A DNA stretch of 64,000 nucleotides from Octopus vulgaris. Lineage: Eukaryota. Position numbers and translations under genes: made by a program. The stretch spans positions 71,920,001 to 71,984,000 of the forward strand of contig OX597816.1 in the NCBI GenBank assembly GCA_951406725.2, written 5' to 3'. The notes below the pieces were generated by a model. It was not told the origin of the DNA. It ran no database searches and was given only the letters and a program-made list of their open reading frames with translations. Positions 40,919 to 54,597 of the stretch are shown piece after piece. Position 1 is the stretch's first letter. Every line of letters begins with the position of its first letter.

Positions 40919-43900
40919 CTGAAAAATAAAGAATAAATAATTCCCTCTTTAAATTATCAAAAATAACCATTCCACATATTTTAACTCTTCCATAACTATA
41001 TTTCTAATGAAATACTAAAGCTGACAATGTTTATAATATTAAAGAATTTTGAGGGTTTTACTAAATTAACAGTCATTATTAAATTGGTATGGCAGTGAGC
41101 TGGCAGAATCATTAGCATGCCGGGTGAAATGCTTAGCTGTATTTTGTCTGCTGCTACATTCTGAGTTCAAATTCCGCCAAGGTCAACTTTGCCTTTCATT
41201 CTTTTGGGGTCAATGAAATAAGTACCAGTTATGCACAGGTGTTGATATAATTGACTAGCCCCCTTCCCCAAAAATTTTCAAGGACTTGTGCCTAGAGCAG
41301 AAATAAACTATTATTAAGTTGGTGTTTGGAGCATAACAAAAAGTGCTTAAAAAATTTAGGTAAATCTTAATTTAGATATAAACCTTTCAAAACAAAGTTT
41401 CCGAAGCACAGAACTTGAGATAGCCTCCGGTAGGGTAGAACTAAAAGGTTTTTAAATGTACATACTAAGTGCTAAGTTACTAAATATGTACATTTAAAAT
41501 ACTTAATTTGAAATTTCACTTATATCCATATATGTAAACAATAACACAAACAAAATTTGGAAATATGTCAATCTTTCAGTATTCAAACCAACCATATCCG
41601 GCCTAAATATTTTACTAGTTTTATTCAAACCAGCCTCTCACACCTAACCTAAAATTTCATTCTAAAATTAAACAATCACATCATCAAAAAGCTCAATGCT
41701 ATGAAATAATGCATGATTAATTGAAAACAACATGAATAAATAAGTATTACATTAGACAGAATAAACTGAATGCTAAGGGATTAAAATCCAAAATTCTGAA
41801 AATTTACATTGTTTCTGTAAATGTTATAGAATACAAACAAAATTTGGTAATATGTTAATGATGATGATTCGTTAACAAATCAGCGCCATATACTGTCCAA
41901 CAACCAATTCTCTTCATTACCCAAATGAGCTTCAATCCAGGTCATTAAAGTGATATTTTGAAATGAATTTTAATTCGTAGTATTTTCTGAGTTGATGGCA
42001 AAATAATCCAACAATAATAAAATGTGTCTTTCACGTTTCAAATACTTTTCTCTGATTTTTTTCTGAACTTAAACTTTATATTATTTTGATATAAGTTAAA
42101 GCACTGTAATAAGACCTCGAATATATTTTAAATATTAGAAATATTGTTACTGAATCTTTATCCTATGGTTGAGTTTTAAATATATATATTTAGCAGTTAA
42201 AAACCAATGAATAGTTGAATTTCTAAATGCAACAAATTTTTTTAAATATTAGACAAGAAATATTAACAAATGAAACACCACAATAATAAGGATATAATTA
42301 TTTCATCACATTAAAAAATGTCTAGAATAGTTATATGGAAAAACTGAATTTTTTACGATTTAACACATATTTCAAATGAAAAGGAGAACTAATTTAAAAT
42401 ATGAGACAACCTAAGCACCAAGAATTAAAGAATAATATATATTTTATATGGGTTAAAAACACGCATACATACATACATACACTGCTCTGTCAGGCGGAAG
42501 AGATACAGTTAAAGGGACTTAATTTGTACAGGAAGAAATTCACGAAAAATATATTCGCAGTTACTTTAAGCCTGTACTTTTTGTGATCATATTTTTTAAA
42601 AATTAAATACACTGTCTTAAATCTGAAAATTAATCAACTAGGAGGAAAAGTTAATTTTTCTATTAACAAAAGTTTCTTATATTAAATTGCAACGGAAGAT
42701 TTTAATTTTAAAAAAAAAAACAGTTTTAAAGCACAGAATCAGTTGTTTTCTTTGAAATCTATATCCAGCTCATGAAATTGTATTCTGCAGTTTCTGTAAA
42801 GAGGCCGTCTGGCAGATTGTCAAGACTCGATTACATTACTACTTTTACTGCTATTTATAATGGCTTTTGCTTTTCCTCTAAAGTGGCAATTTGTGTATCA
42901 CTTCTATCCAAACCAACCCACAACACTTGCCTCTCCTCTTTGTCATCCTTTAAACACACACTTTCACACTAAGAAATTTTCCTAATCCTTATTCCCCAAC
43001 TGCAACTCTCTGGAATTCCCACCTCGCTCAAGTACTCCCTCACTAGCTGCACTGATAAAGTGAGCTGCCAGTGGTCTCTTATTCTACTAGAAACAACAGC
43101 CAAATTTCCAATTACCCATTAGTCTTAAAAAATGGTAGCACATACTGGATAATGTAGTCCTATATCTACCAAATCTGCAAAAAGGGTGGTCATGATTATA
43201 AAGCCTTTGATCATAAGTTTGCCAAATCAGGGCTAGCCTGGGACTAAACAACTACCTCACCGATCTGGGAAGGCCAGTTAAAAGCTATAGACACAGACAC
43301 TCTTTCTCCAACTAAATAACAACAGTCTCAAATTTTGACACAAGGCCAGCAATAGGTCAATTAAATCAACCCCTGTACTCAGCTGGTACCTATTTTATTG
43401 ACTCTGAAAGGATGAATGGTAAAGTCAACCACGACATGAAATGCCACTAAGCATCTCAGCCAGTGAAAGGGAAAGTCAACCTCAATGGAATTTGAACTCA
43501 GAACATAAGGAAAGATGAAATTCCACTAAGCATTTTGCCTGGAGAGCTAGCAATTCTGCCAGCTCAACACCTTAAATAATAATAATAATAATAGTGTGGA
43601 ATGGTAAATAAGTCTAAGTGGTCCAATTCTTTTGATACTAATCTGTCGAACACCATCTCTTGTTTTATGATAGAAACTTCCTGTTTTTAAAAGTAATCTG
43701 AATTAAAACTTTTCATCAAAACTTCAAGTTAATGTTCCAACCACCAGTTTAATGACAAGATTTGCTTCATTATTTTTGAAATCGATCGAAACAAAAGGCA
43801 TATTCAAAAGAGAAATACAATAACAAAAGGGTCAAAAAGACCCACCCACTTTGGATTCTGCTAAGTCTACAATGAGACCAAACCAGAATACCCATAACTA

Positions 43901-45039
43901 GACTAACCATTGCCCCCATTTAAATATTTGCAGGCAAAGTGGCTGAGTTCCTATCGTGCGTTGGGCCACACGGAAGCAATGACTGAGACCATTGGCATTA
44001 TGTCATGCTTGAGAAGACCCATCAAGCAGAGCAAAATCACAGCTGTGACAGATACCAGTGTCATGCAAATGTCACTCACACTGGTAGCACATAAAAGGAC
44101 CCATTACATTCTTGGGGTGGTTGGCATTAGGAAGGGTATCCAGTCATAGAAAACCATACCAAATCAGATTGGAGTCTGATGCAGCCTTCCAGCTTACCAG
44201 CCCTGGTCAAACCGTCAAACCCATGCCAGCATGGACAACGGACATTAAATGATGATGAATTAAAATTTCAACTGAACTAAAATTGTGTTACCATTTTCTG
44301 TTGAAATAAATTTTGTCATTAATTTGGAAAATAATAAAGAATAGAGTAAAATAGCTTCCTGATTAAGCTGATGTTTGAAACAATTCTTTTGTTTTTTACT
44401 ACTGTTAAATTGTAATTAACCCTTTAGCATTTAAACTGGCCATATCCAGCCCAAATATTCTGTTTTACATTCAAACGGGTCAGTTCTGGTCTCTGCACTT
44501 GTCCTACAATGTCATTCTAAAAATATGCAACATCACCCAAATCTTGAAGCTATGAAATAATGCTTGATTAATTGAAAACAATGTGAATAAAACATTACAT
44601 TTGACAGAGTAATCTGGATGCTAAAAGGTAATTTAGAAAATAATTAAGAATTTGGTAAAACCTAAGTTTGTTGTTATTAAGCTAATATTTGGAATGTACA
44701 TTAACGTGAAATTTTTGAAGGGTGGTTTTTAAAACATTTTAAAACAAAGTTTTTGTCGAAGGACCAAGGATAGTCTTAGGCAGATTGCTATCAAGAGGAT
44801 TAAAACAGCAAGTCTGAACCGTAAAACCAAGGAGCGGGGTTCTCAAGACAGTTTGGTTTTAAAATTCCAGTCTTTAGTTGTGTTCCAAACACCATTTTAA
44901 TCATATACTAAACTTCTACTATGAATTCTTGGCTATTTGGAAAATTAATTGAACCACAACTACAGTGTATTCTGATGACAAGCATGATCCTAATGAGATC
45001 AATTTTAACCATGAGTTCAGATAGGAGGAATTACAACCG

Positions 45040-45480
45040 TGTTTCATGGTCTGCTACCACAACAGCTCCATTATAGGATCCAGTTAGCTCAAGACATCAT
45101 CAGGAGGAACCATGTCCGGTTTCGCCCCCTACTCCTCTACTGTTTTGTCGTGGTGGGGGCCCCACTTTCGGAGGTGTCTTCAGCTCTGGTGTTGGGTGCA
45201 TGTCTTCTTTCTTCTGTTCCCTGGCCTCTTCGATGTAACGTCAGCAAGTGTCAGCTGGTGACTGACTGACTTGTCAAATTTTCCCCTTTAAATACCTGCC
45301 ACTAGGCTCCAGCAGGCAGCCCCAGCAAGTTGTCACGTGACACTGTCTCACCTTAACTGACCAGTGAAGGCGCGTAGTCTTAGCCCACACATTCTCTAAA
45401 CGACTGTCACCTGTCAGTCAGCGAAGCTGATTCAGTGTCAGCTTGTCTCACCTAGTGATGTTATTTCCCACCAGCATGTT
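45040..45480. mobile_element. GC-richer insertion in NACA intron 4, possibly a solo LTR
   Basis: Abrupt composition change, TATA-like TATTTAAAGGGG on the minus strand, repeated TGTCA motifs. TG..CA ends and TSD not established. Confidence 0.35.
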
Positions 45481-45534
45481 ATGACTCTCAAGCCATTTTT
45501 GGTCTTCCCACTTCAGCCATATTAGGGGGATTTA

Positions 45535-45834
<300 letters not shown>

Positions 45835-46080
45835 TTAATAAAGACATGGACAGATTTTAAACTCCATTGAACTTTCAGTACTCTTTTACTGGTTTCAGTT
45901 ATTTGACTGCAACCATGCTGGAGCACCGCCTTTAGTTGAGCAAATTGACCCCAGGACTTATTCTTGTAAGCCTAGTACTTATTCTATTGGTCTCTTTTGC
46001 CGAACCGCTAAGTTATGGGGACGTAAACACACCAGCATTGGTTGTCAAGCGGTGTTGGGGGGACAAACACAGACATAAAA

Positions 46081-46113
<33 letters not shown>

Positions 46114-47027
46114 CGACGGGCTTCTTTCAGTTTCCATCTACCAAATCCACTCACAAGGCTTTGGTCAGCCCGAAGCTATAGTAGAAGATACTTGCCCAAG
46201 GTGCCACGCAGTGGGACTGAACCCGTAACCATGTGGTTGGTAAGGAAACTACTTACCACAGAAAAATACAATACACAGTGTCACTAACACAAGCTATTAA
46301 CATTACTGTACACCCAACTTTAATAACTACAGAGACTGGTTGTAAATTGTTAAAGTAATAATGGAGTTATCAAATACATTAATTGATATTAACTGATATG
46401 CTGATTCCAAGTTCTGGCACAAGACCAGCAATTTTGGGGGTGGAGTTAAGTTGATTCATCAACCCTAGAACTCAGCTGCTATTTATTTTATCACCACCTG
46501 AAGGTTGAAAGGTAGAGTCAACTTTGGTGGAATTTGAACTCAGAACAAAGACAAACAAAATATTGCTAAGCATTTTGCCTGGCGTGTTGATGATTCTGCC
46601 AGCTCACCCACCTTATTTAACTGATATATATTAAGGAGATAATTTTTATTGTTTGCTCATTGGACAGATGACAAAGTAACATTGGGATGATACAGGAAAC
46701 TGCCTGTTACATAAGAGAAATGAAAATGGGGAGAAAGGGGGGGGTCAGATTTGAATGTTCAGTCATAATACAGTTGATTGATACAACATGGAACTTATAG
46801 AGAAACACGAGCCAAGTCAAATTCCTTCACATCAAATCCATATGTTTTTAGATAGGGCACATCTGGCTGGGCTTGCTGAATCTGCACCAGCAAGGGCTTA
46901 AACAACTTGGAGATGCTGCATTACAGACCAATATATACAATATCACTAAAAATAGCAGTTAAAATGATGACACTTGGTATGGTAACTTACATATAAATTG
47001 TAACCGAAATAAAAACACATTATTTAC

Positions 47028-47121
47028 CAAGTTTCGACATTGCCTTCCGAGCTTTTTTCTCACTTCGGCTTTGTTTAGCTTTACTAACTAATTCCTCCTG
47101 AAGACCAGCTACTTGGGCAAC
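47028..47121 (-). CDS. NACA: NACA exon 3: VAQVAGLQEELVSKAKQSRSEKKARKAMSKL(G)
   Basis: TTGCAG acceptor, GTAAAT donor, 94 nt. Contains the hallmark SKAKQSRSEKKARKAMSKLG. Confidence 0.97.
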
Positions 47122-47899
47122 CTGCAACCAAAGATAATTGTAATGAAGGTAAATTAAAGAGAGATAATTAACACTCAAATAAGATAGATACATGCCTATA
47201 TTACATATAAAATTAAATCAGCTTATTCACATAAACCCCCACCACACCCTTGTCTGTTTATATATATATATATATATATCAAAATCAAATGGAAATTGTA
47301 GCTGTGACTGGTAACACGTAAAAAGCACCATCCAAACGTGGCCAATGCCTATGCCACTTTGACTGGCTTCCTTGCTGGTGGTACATAAAAAGCACCCACT
47401 ACACTCTTGGAGTGGTTGGCATTAGGAAGGGCATCCAGCTGTAGAAACACTGCCAGATCAGATTGGGGCCTGGTGCAGCCTCCTGGCTTGCCAGACCCCA
47501 AGTCAAACCGTCCAACCCATGCCAGCATGGAAAAACGGATGTTAAATGATGACGATGACATACATGAGTGAGTGAAAAACAAAAGGGCACTGAACACATT
47601 TATTGGAAGTTACATATATGGATCAAAACAGTTTGATTCAGATCAACTGAAACCATCATCATAATCAAGCATCAGTGATATCAATTTTAGGTACGAGAGA
47701 GACAATAGTGCCATTAAACCGAAGCATTTCAATAAACAGAAAAAAAATTTGCTATTATCACAAATCTTATACAAGCTGTTTATTAAATTGTGGTGATGGT
47801 CATTGCTTATATACACCAGTCAGTTCACTAAAGCTTTCAAATTATGTTGCTGGACAACAAATATGTAAAATACCAAATAAAAGGCATCTAAATATATAC

Positions 47900-48046
47900 C
47901 TGGCTCTGCTGTGATGTGCCAGCACCATCCTCTTGCAATTCTGGTAAAGAGTCATCAGACTTGGAGTCTGAATCAGCATCATCATCATCCTCAACTTCTT
48001 CTTTCTTGGTGTTTTGGACAGGTTTTTCCACTGCTTCAGTTGGCAT
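47900..48046 (-). CDS. NACA: NACA coding exon 1 (exon 2; acceptor at 48059): MPTEAVEKPVQNTKKEEVEDDDDADSDSKSDDSLPELQEDGAGTSQQSQ
   Basis: TTTCAG acceptor, ACC ATG context, acidic N-terminus with SDDSLPEL resembling NAC-alpha SDESVPEL, CAG|GTATAT donor, 147 nt. Confidence 0.93.
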
Positions 48047-48455
48047 GGTGATGATGTTACTGAAATAAAAGAAGAATCTCTTAACAAAAGCAAAAGAATT
48101 TGCTTAGACAATCAAAAAGATTGTTTTCCAGTGATGTTTCAGATAACAGACATTTTCCCCGTAACAAACAAAAGATTAATTAATTTCTCATTAACAGTTA
48201 ATAAAAAAAGTCAAGTAACCAAAAGTATAGCAGGAGACGCTAGCCCAAGGTGACACGCAGTGGGACTGAATCTGGAACCACGTGGTCGGGAAGCAAACTT
48301 CTTACATGGTCACCGAAAAATTATCCAATAGTCTGGTGGCATTACTTGGAGCTGGGCCCGTGACCAAAACCTACAGGAAATGTCTTTCAGTATTTCATGC
48401 ATAAGAGTGCATCAAAAATAAATGTATACCCTTTATTTTGATCCTCACTGCTTTG

Positions 48456-48584
48456 CAGGGCTGTCAAGTCAAAACAAAAATATTTGACTACAATTCTATG
48501 TAATTAAATGACTGTTGATCTATTTTACTGACTCCGACTCCAGTTACCCCCTTAATTGTTTCTGACTCCGACTCCACAGCCCTG
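48456..48584. mobile_element. Small hAT MITE in NACA intron 1
   Basis: TIR CAGGGCTGT / ACAGCCCTG, subterminal GACTCC repeats, perfect 8-bp TSD CTGCTTTG. Confidence 0.9.
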
Positions 48585-51500
48585 CTGCTTTGTGTGCTAA
48601 ATATAATAATTTCATTAGTCATTAATAATTACTTTTTAAAAAAATTCAATCTTTTGTTGATTTCTATTACAATAAGAAATTTCCATTAATTTATTGTACA
48701 CCACCCATAAATGTCCCAACACGTTTCCACCATTATCTCTCTCACTGTCGCTCATCTTACTCTCCCAACACTTTTCTACTCTAGAGCAAGACTGCTATAT
48801 CTGTCCCCTCTATACTTTAACCCTTTAGCATTTAATCCAAACGTATCCAGCCCCCAAATACTCTTTTACATTAAGACTGACTGGCTCCAATGTCATTCTA
48901 AAAATATACAAACACACCATTGAAATCTTGAGGCTGCAAGATATGACTAATAAAGACGGCAAGCTGGCAGAAACATTAGCACGCCAGGCGAAATGTGTAG
49001 CCGTATTTCGCCTGCCATTAAGTTCTGAGTTCAAATTCCGCTTAGGTCAACTTTGCCTTTCATCCTTCCAGGGTCGATGTAATCGACTTAATCCGTTTGT
49101 CTGTCCCCTGTGTTTAGCCCCTTGTGGGTAGTAAAGAAATAGATATGTGACTAATTCAAAAACAATGTGAATAGATACGCAATACATTTGACAAAGAAAT
49201 CTGAATGTTAAATGGTTAACTCTCTCAACCGGCACAAAGCCACTCCCAGTTGAGGGTGTTTTGTCTTGAAAGCTACTTGATGACCCAGTCAGAGCTGGTG
49301 CTACATAAAAAGCACACATTACATTCTGAAGTGGTTGGCATTAGGAACGGGAATCCAGTTGTAGAAACCATGCCAAAACAGACAATGGAACCTAGTCTGG
49401 CTCCTGCCCTTGCAGCTAGTCCCGAACTGTCCAACACCTGACAGCATGGAAAATGAACATTAAATGATGATACTAATAACAGTTGACAAAACATCCAAGA
49501 GATGTCTTAAAATAACAAATGCAGGTAAGAGCCACAAATAAACTCAAGGGCCAAAACATTTTTAAAGTCATTTAACATCCACTTTCCATACTCGCATGGG
49601 TTGGACAGCCTGACTGTAACTGGTAAGCTAGAGAGTGGCACCAGGCTCCAGTCTGAATTTGGCTTGGTTTCTACGGCTGGATACCCTTCCCAATACCAAC
49701 CACTCCAAGAGTGTAGTGGGTGCCTTTTCCGAGTCATCGCCCATACTGCTTTGTAATTTTACTCCTGAATAATCTCTTCACATTGATGGTTTTATATACA
49801 TCTTTATTTTGAATCTTCAGTTAATTCGTTTGTTCATTTAACTTCCATCTTTCCATGCTAGCATGAGTTAGATGAGTAAGATATTAGTTAAAAGTTCTTG
49901 TCACCAACCCTTACAGAAACCTTTGAAAACCAAGCTGGTTGGCCTTCACTGTTTCACTCAAGCAGCGACAGCTGTGGAATATCAACATTCATGCACATTC
50001 ACTCAACACAGGGACTCAAGACTTCCATTCACCAAATTCATTTACCCATAGATGCTGTACAGCAGGACTGAACTCTAGACCATATGGTTAAGAAGTGAAC
50101 TTCTTAACGACACAGCTACTGGATTTCAAATGTTCTTTGTTGAATTATTGCTGTATCTTTGAGAACTATTTCCTTCATAACAAAAACTAATACATGCTTG
50201 TTAATCAAGTAAGCTGCAACAATAGATGCCCATGTGACTATGGTCCTTTTGTTCAGGTAAATATTACAGAGAAACATTAATCTAAGTAGCAGTAACAATA
50301 CCACGAAGTTTGTGTAAAGTGGGAAAGGAAAGCTGTTTTGTCTAATTATACCTCTGAAGAAATAGATTTCAGCAAAACAATATGAAGTTTAAAAGTTAAT
50401 GTTAACTTTACTGTTAAAGGTAGATGACAATCGTTAGATCAAAAGTTACAAAGGAATCTCGGTTTAAGACCTGATGAGAAGATTTTATGATCAAGGCATT
50501 CCAACCAGAATCATGTACCTCATCCAATGCCCTCCTATAAATAAATAATGAGGACAGTAAGCTGTCTTAACAAGTTGACAGAATTGGATAGAGTGCCCTA
50601 TATTATTCCAGTTGTCCTGCGCGTTTAACTTAGACCTTCACTTGCAGTGAAGAAAAAAACAACCTAGACAAAAAGGACGTGTTGAGAAATACAATATGGA
50701 ATGAAATAAACAAGGCTATAATTGGGAGATTTGGTTGCTATTCCTAGCAGGCCGAGCATCCACATAAAAGCTATTTTGTCTCGATCATTTTAAAGTCTTC
50801 CGGAATCGATAAACTTATTATAGGGTCGATTTAATAGATTGGATGGCACCTTCCTCAAAATACCTGGAGCCCTCAATCATAATTATTACACGGGGCAATA
50901 TCTGTAAATTCTGACATGCACTTCGGTATTGGAGACAATAAAATATTGGTCAACCATGTTAGTAGATGAGAATAGGTAGCCAGGTGTAACAAAAGATGTA
51001 GCGAACGGCGGGAAGATCCAGGTAAGACTAATCGGGCGCTAAGTTGCTTAAAGAAAAGTAATTAACACCGAACTGTCGTTCCAATTTCCTAGAAAATGTG
51101 CTCGTTTCAAATAACTGGAAATAATTAATTGTATAACTGCTAATTTACTTCGGTAATTCCATAGGTATGAGGTGAAGCGAATCCAACAGGATTCGAACTC
51201 CGAGAGCTGAAACTAGATACGGCAAATAATTTGGTTCGACGCTTTTAATAATTCTGCTACCTCAAGCTGTAATCGAGCTGCTAGTATATATGTCCCTGGA
51301 AATAACTAATGTAACTTCAACGGAGATCGATCTGCTTCTAGAGATAACTGAATCGCGAATTTCTAACACAATTACGGATGCTGAAAGGTTTAATAAAAGA
51401 AAACGAAAAACTATTTGGCATCCATGCCCTCCTAATGGTGTGCATATCAAGTAAGAAGCGGAAAATTAGAATAATGAAAACATAGCACATACACAAGGGG

Positions 51501-52596
51501 ACAACTAAGGCTGCATGTAGCTCCGACCCGAAGGACACGGAATACGGCTGCGTGCCTATGTGCCCTGTATACATATAACGCTCGAACTATTGTAACCGTA
51601 CCAGCCAAGTGCTATTACACTTGGCTGGTGCTATTACACTTTTATGACAAAAAGCACCCATGCAACCATTTTTAATCTTTCCTAATATACACGCTGATAA
51701 TTTTAATTGTTTGAGGAATATCAGGTTAACAACGGAATTAATGTGGTCTCAGGTACAGTATGTGCAAATAAAGGGAGATTGTCACGATCGGAACGTCTTC
51801 GACCAGTTTTTTGCTCAATCAAGGGTTGTTGATACGGATCTAAAACTACAAACATTACCACATGTGGATATTTTAGCAATTTCCTTTATTACTGGCAGAA
51901 AGTCATGTTTTTTTTTATATAATGTAATTTAAATAATGCAGTGCGCTGGAGGAGGAGTATATATATGTATGTGTATATGTATATATAATATATATATATG
52001 TGTGTGTATATATATCCACATGTCCTCCAAAAAGCACTGGTGACAATTAGCTAAAGTGAAGCTATTTAATTCGCAACTTGCACCTCGTTAACCAAGACAA
52101 ATAATTATTGAAAAATTACAGAATCGGTAAATAGATTTTAGATTAAAATTTTAATAATCGCCATGTATTACATGTGTTAAAATAAAAAATATATATATTC
52201 GTCATTTCTAATAAATTGATTGTTAAAAGTTAATTTTAAAAACATCAGATATTTGCAAGATGTAACAATAATTGAAGCTTTTAATTGTTTGGCATTATCA
52301 GGATTTATATTAGTTATTGTCAGATGAAATATAAGTCCATTACAGAATGAATTATTGGTACAAAGCATTTCTATTTCGATACGAAGGGGCACATGTAGAC
52401 ATATATGGTTATTATAACGCACGAGAGACATAGAGCTCGCTCATGCTTTTGAGATTTAGGACAAAAAGAAAGATTAAATTCATGTCATAAACGGAAACAA
52501 AATTATTTGAGAACGATCGAGAAATTGAATACATACAACACAAAAGTCACTTTAAATTTCGATGATAAACAAATAAAAAGATATTGATTCACTTAC

Positions 52597-52653
52597 ATCG
52601 AAGACACCGATAAAGATATTCGGAATGAGAGAATATGGTAAAGGAAAAGGAAG
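52597..52653 (-). other. NACA: NACA exon 1 (non-coding 5'UTR, starts in a pyrimidine tract)
   Basis: Minus strand reads CTTCCTTTTCCTTTACC...CTTCGAT|GTAAGT, a perfect donor at 52596-52591. It lies in CpG-retaining DNA upstream of the ATG exon. The start position is inferred; no transcript evidence. Confidence 0.7.
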
Positions 52654-52676
52654 TAGCTTAGTTTAGCGCATGCTCA
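52640..52676 (-). promoter_or_regulatory. TCT/5'TOP initiator (YYC+1TTTYY, C at ~52649) with an adjacent NRF1-like GCGCATGCTC box
   Basis: 14-nt pyrimidine run at 52653-52640 on the minus strand; GCGCATGCTC at 52666-52675. TCT/TOP starts are typical of translation-machinery genes. Confidence 0.6.
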
Positions 52677-53789
52677 GTTGTGTTCTAATGCTGACTGGTT
52701 ATAAAGAAAAGTTCTCGTTGTAGAAAAGGAAATATTTATAAAATAATAGATTCTAAAGTTGGCACAAGGATCGGAAATGTCATGGGAGGTGGTCATCTAC
52801 TAATTGGTATTATATTTTATCGGTCCCGGATGTGTGAAAAATAAATTCGACGTAGGCAGGATTTGAACTCGGGACTTAAAGGGCCATAACTAAATACCTC
52901 ACTGCACTTTTTGCCAATAATCCACCGTCCGATTCTCATAATTATATTTAATGTCGATGTAAGATTAGAAATTTGGGGAAAGAAATCTCCTTTCTTATAT
53001 AGGTACAAGGCCAGAAATGTTGTGGCTTAACTGATACAGAGCGCTGGAGGAGGGGTATATATATGTATGTGTAATATATATAGAATCGACCCTAAAAGGA
53101 CGAAAGGCAAAGTCGACCCCAGCAGAATTTGAATTCAGAATATAAAGAGCTGGAATAGGGTATGGATTATCAACCTCAGTACACGGTTGATACTTTATTT
53201 GGTAAATATTTTCTGTTACACTCGTCTCAAGAGACGAGAGTAATCGGCGGGTTTTCGTAATTGCTATCACCGCCCGAGAAAGAAAGAAAAGGGGAAGGAA
53301 TTAGGTGATAGTTTCCATTTGTGAAAAACATTATGCTCCAAAAAATTTTTTTTGCACCCTCTCCAAATTCTTTGCGTTCTATCGGTAATTAGTGGCAACC
53401 AAGAGCGACAGCGTCCTCGGGGAAACTCTGGGCGTCGGGGTAGACCGATTAACCTGAAGGACTTTTGGGTGGAGGCGCAATGGCCCAGTGGTTCGGGCAG
53501 CGGACTCGCGGTCGGAGGATCGCGGTTTCGATTCCCAGACCGGGCATTGTGTGTTTATTGAGCGAAAACACCTGAAGCTCCACGAGGTTCTGGCAGGGGG
53601 GGGGGGGCCACCCCTGTTGTACTCTTTCGCCCCCAACTTTCTCTCACTTTTTCTTCCTGTTTCTTGAGTAATGCTGCGATGCACTGGCGTCCCGTCCAGC
53701 TGGGAGGAACACATAAGCCATAAAAACCGGGAACCCGGGCCCATGAGCCTGGCTAGGTTAGAAAAGGGCGAGAAAAAAGAAAAATAACT

Positions 53790-53910
53790 TTGGGGCTGGA
53801 GCCTATAGGGTAGAGTTACGGAGGGTGGGGTCTGTCTGAAATGTGCGCAGGGCGACGAAACCGTTCTGCATGTCCTCATCCAGTGTCCGGGCATTGTTGA
53901 CTTGTCGGGC
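53790..53910 (+). mobile_element. L1/Tx1-type ORF2 CCHC zinc-knuckle fragment
   Basis: Translates CLKCAQGDETVLHVLIQCPGI (C-x2-C...ET..H....C). Confidence 0.7.
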
Positions 53911-54522
53911 TGTTGGTGCGTGTAGGGAAGTGCTGCTCCATCCCCGTATATTCTGTTGAAAGCTGGGCCGGGTGTGTCGAGTATGGCCCGCGAGAACAGA
54001 CCTGTCTGAACATACGTCTGTAGGCCGGAAGGGATAAAGAGAAGTGAGGTGTCTACATAGAGTGCCCTTGGTAGTCGGGATGACTAGGCTGTGTGGGCTT
54101 CTTTGCTCGGCCGTGAGTGGAACCCCTCCCAACAATACTTTCGAGTAATTTTATTGTTTAAATTTTGCTAATTGTTGTTAACACAAAAAAAAAAAGCACC
54201 CTTTTTTAAAACTTTTTTTTTTCGACACAAACCCCACTTTTCGGCTACGGGGAATACGAATCTGCAAAAAAAAATGGCAAAAATCAATATTTCTAAATTA
54301 CTTCCCCCACCCCCATTTCCTTCATTTTAAACTTTTTTCAAAGAATTTTTTTCCTCAAAATATGCGGAAAAATACGGAGATTACGAAAAAAAATTCGAAA
54401 AATCTTTATAAAATTTTTTATTTTTATTTTTTATTTATTTTAAGAATTTTTTCTTTTCTAAATATGCGGAAAAATACGGACATCAGGATTCGGACAAAAA
54501 ATTTTAAACATTTCTGTACTTA

Positions 54523-54596
54523 CGGTTAGGGTTTTAAGGTTAGGATTTTAGTGTTAGGGTTTTAAGGTTATAGGGTTATAGTTAGGGTTAGTGTTG
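54523..54596 (+). repeat. Degenerate telomere-like TTAGGG/GGTTTTAA repeats at the end of an A/T-tract-rich element (~54135-54596)
   Basis: GGTTAGGGTTTTAAGGTTAGG...GTTAGGGTTAGTG; upstream internal repeat AATATGCGGAAAAATACGGA x2. Confidence 0.6.
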
Positions 54597-54597
54597 C

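Noticed and set aside
47630-47672. Box C (ATGATGA) and box D (CTGA) with a TTGATT/AATCAA stem in NACA intron 2
   Set aside because: Only 14 nt separate the boxes, too short for a C/D snoRNA, and I recognise no rRNA antisense element.
47122-52596. A large skNAC-like alternative exon in the early NACA introns
   Set aside because: No long ORF is present; the introns are filled with SINE and MITE remnants.
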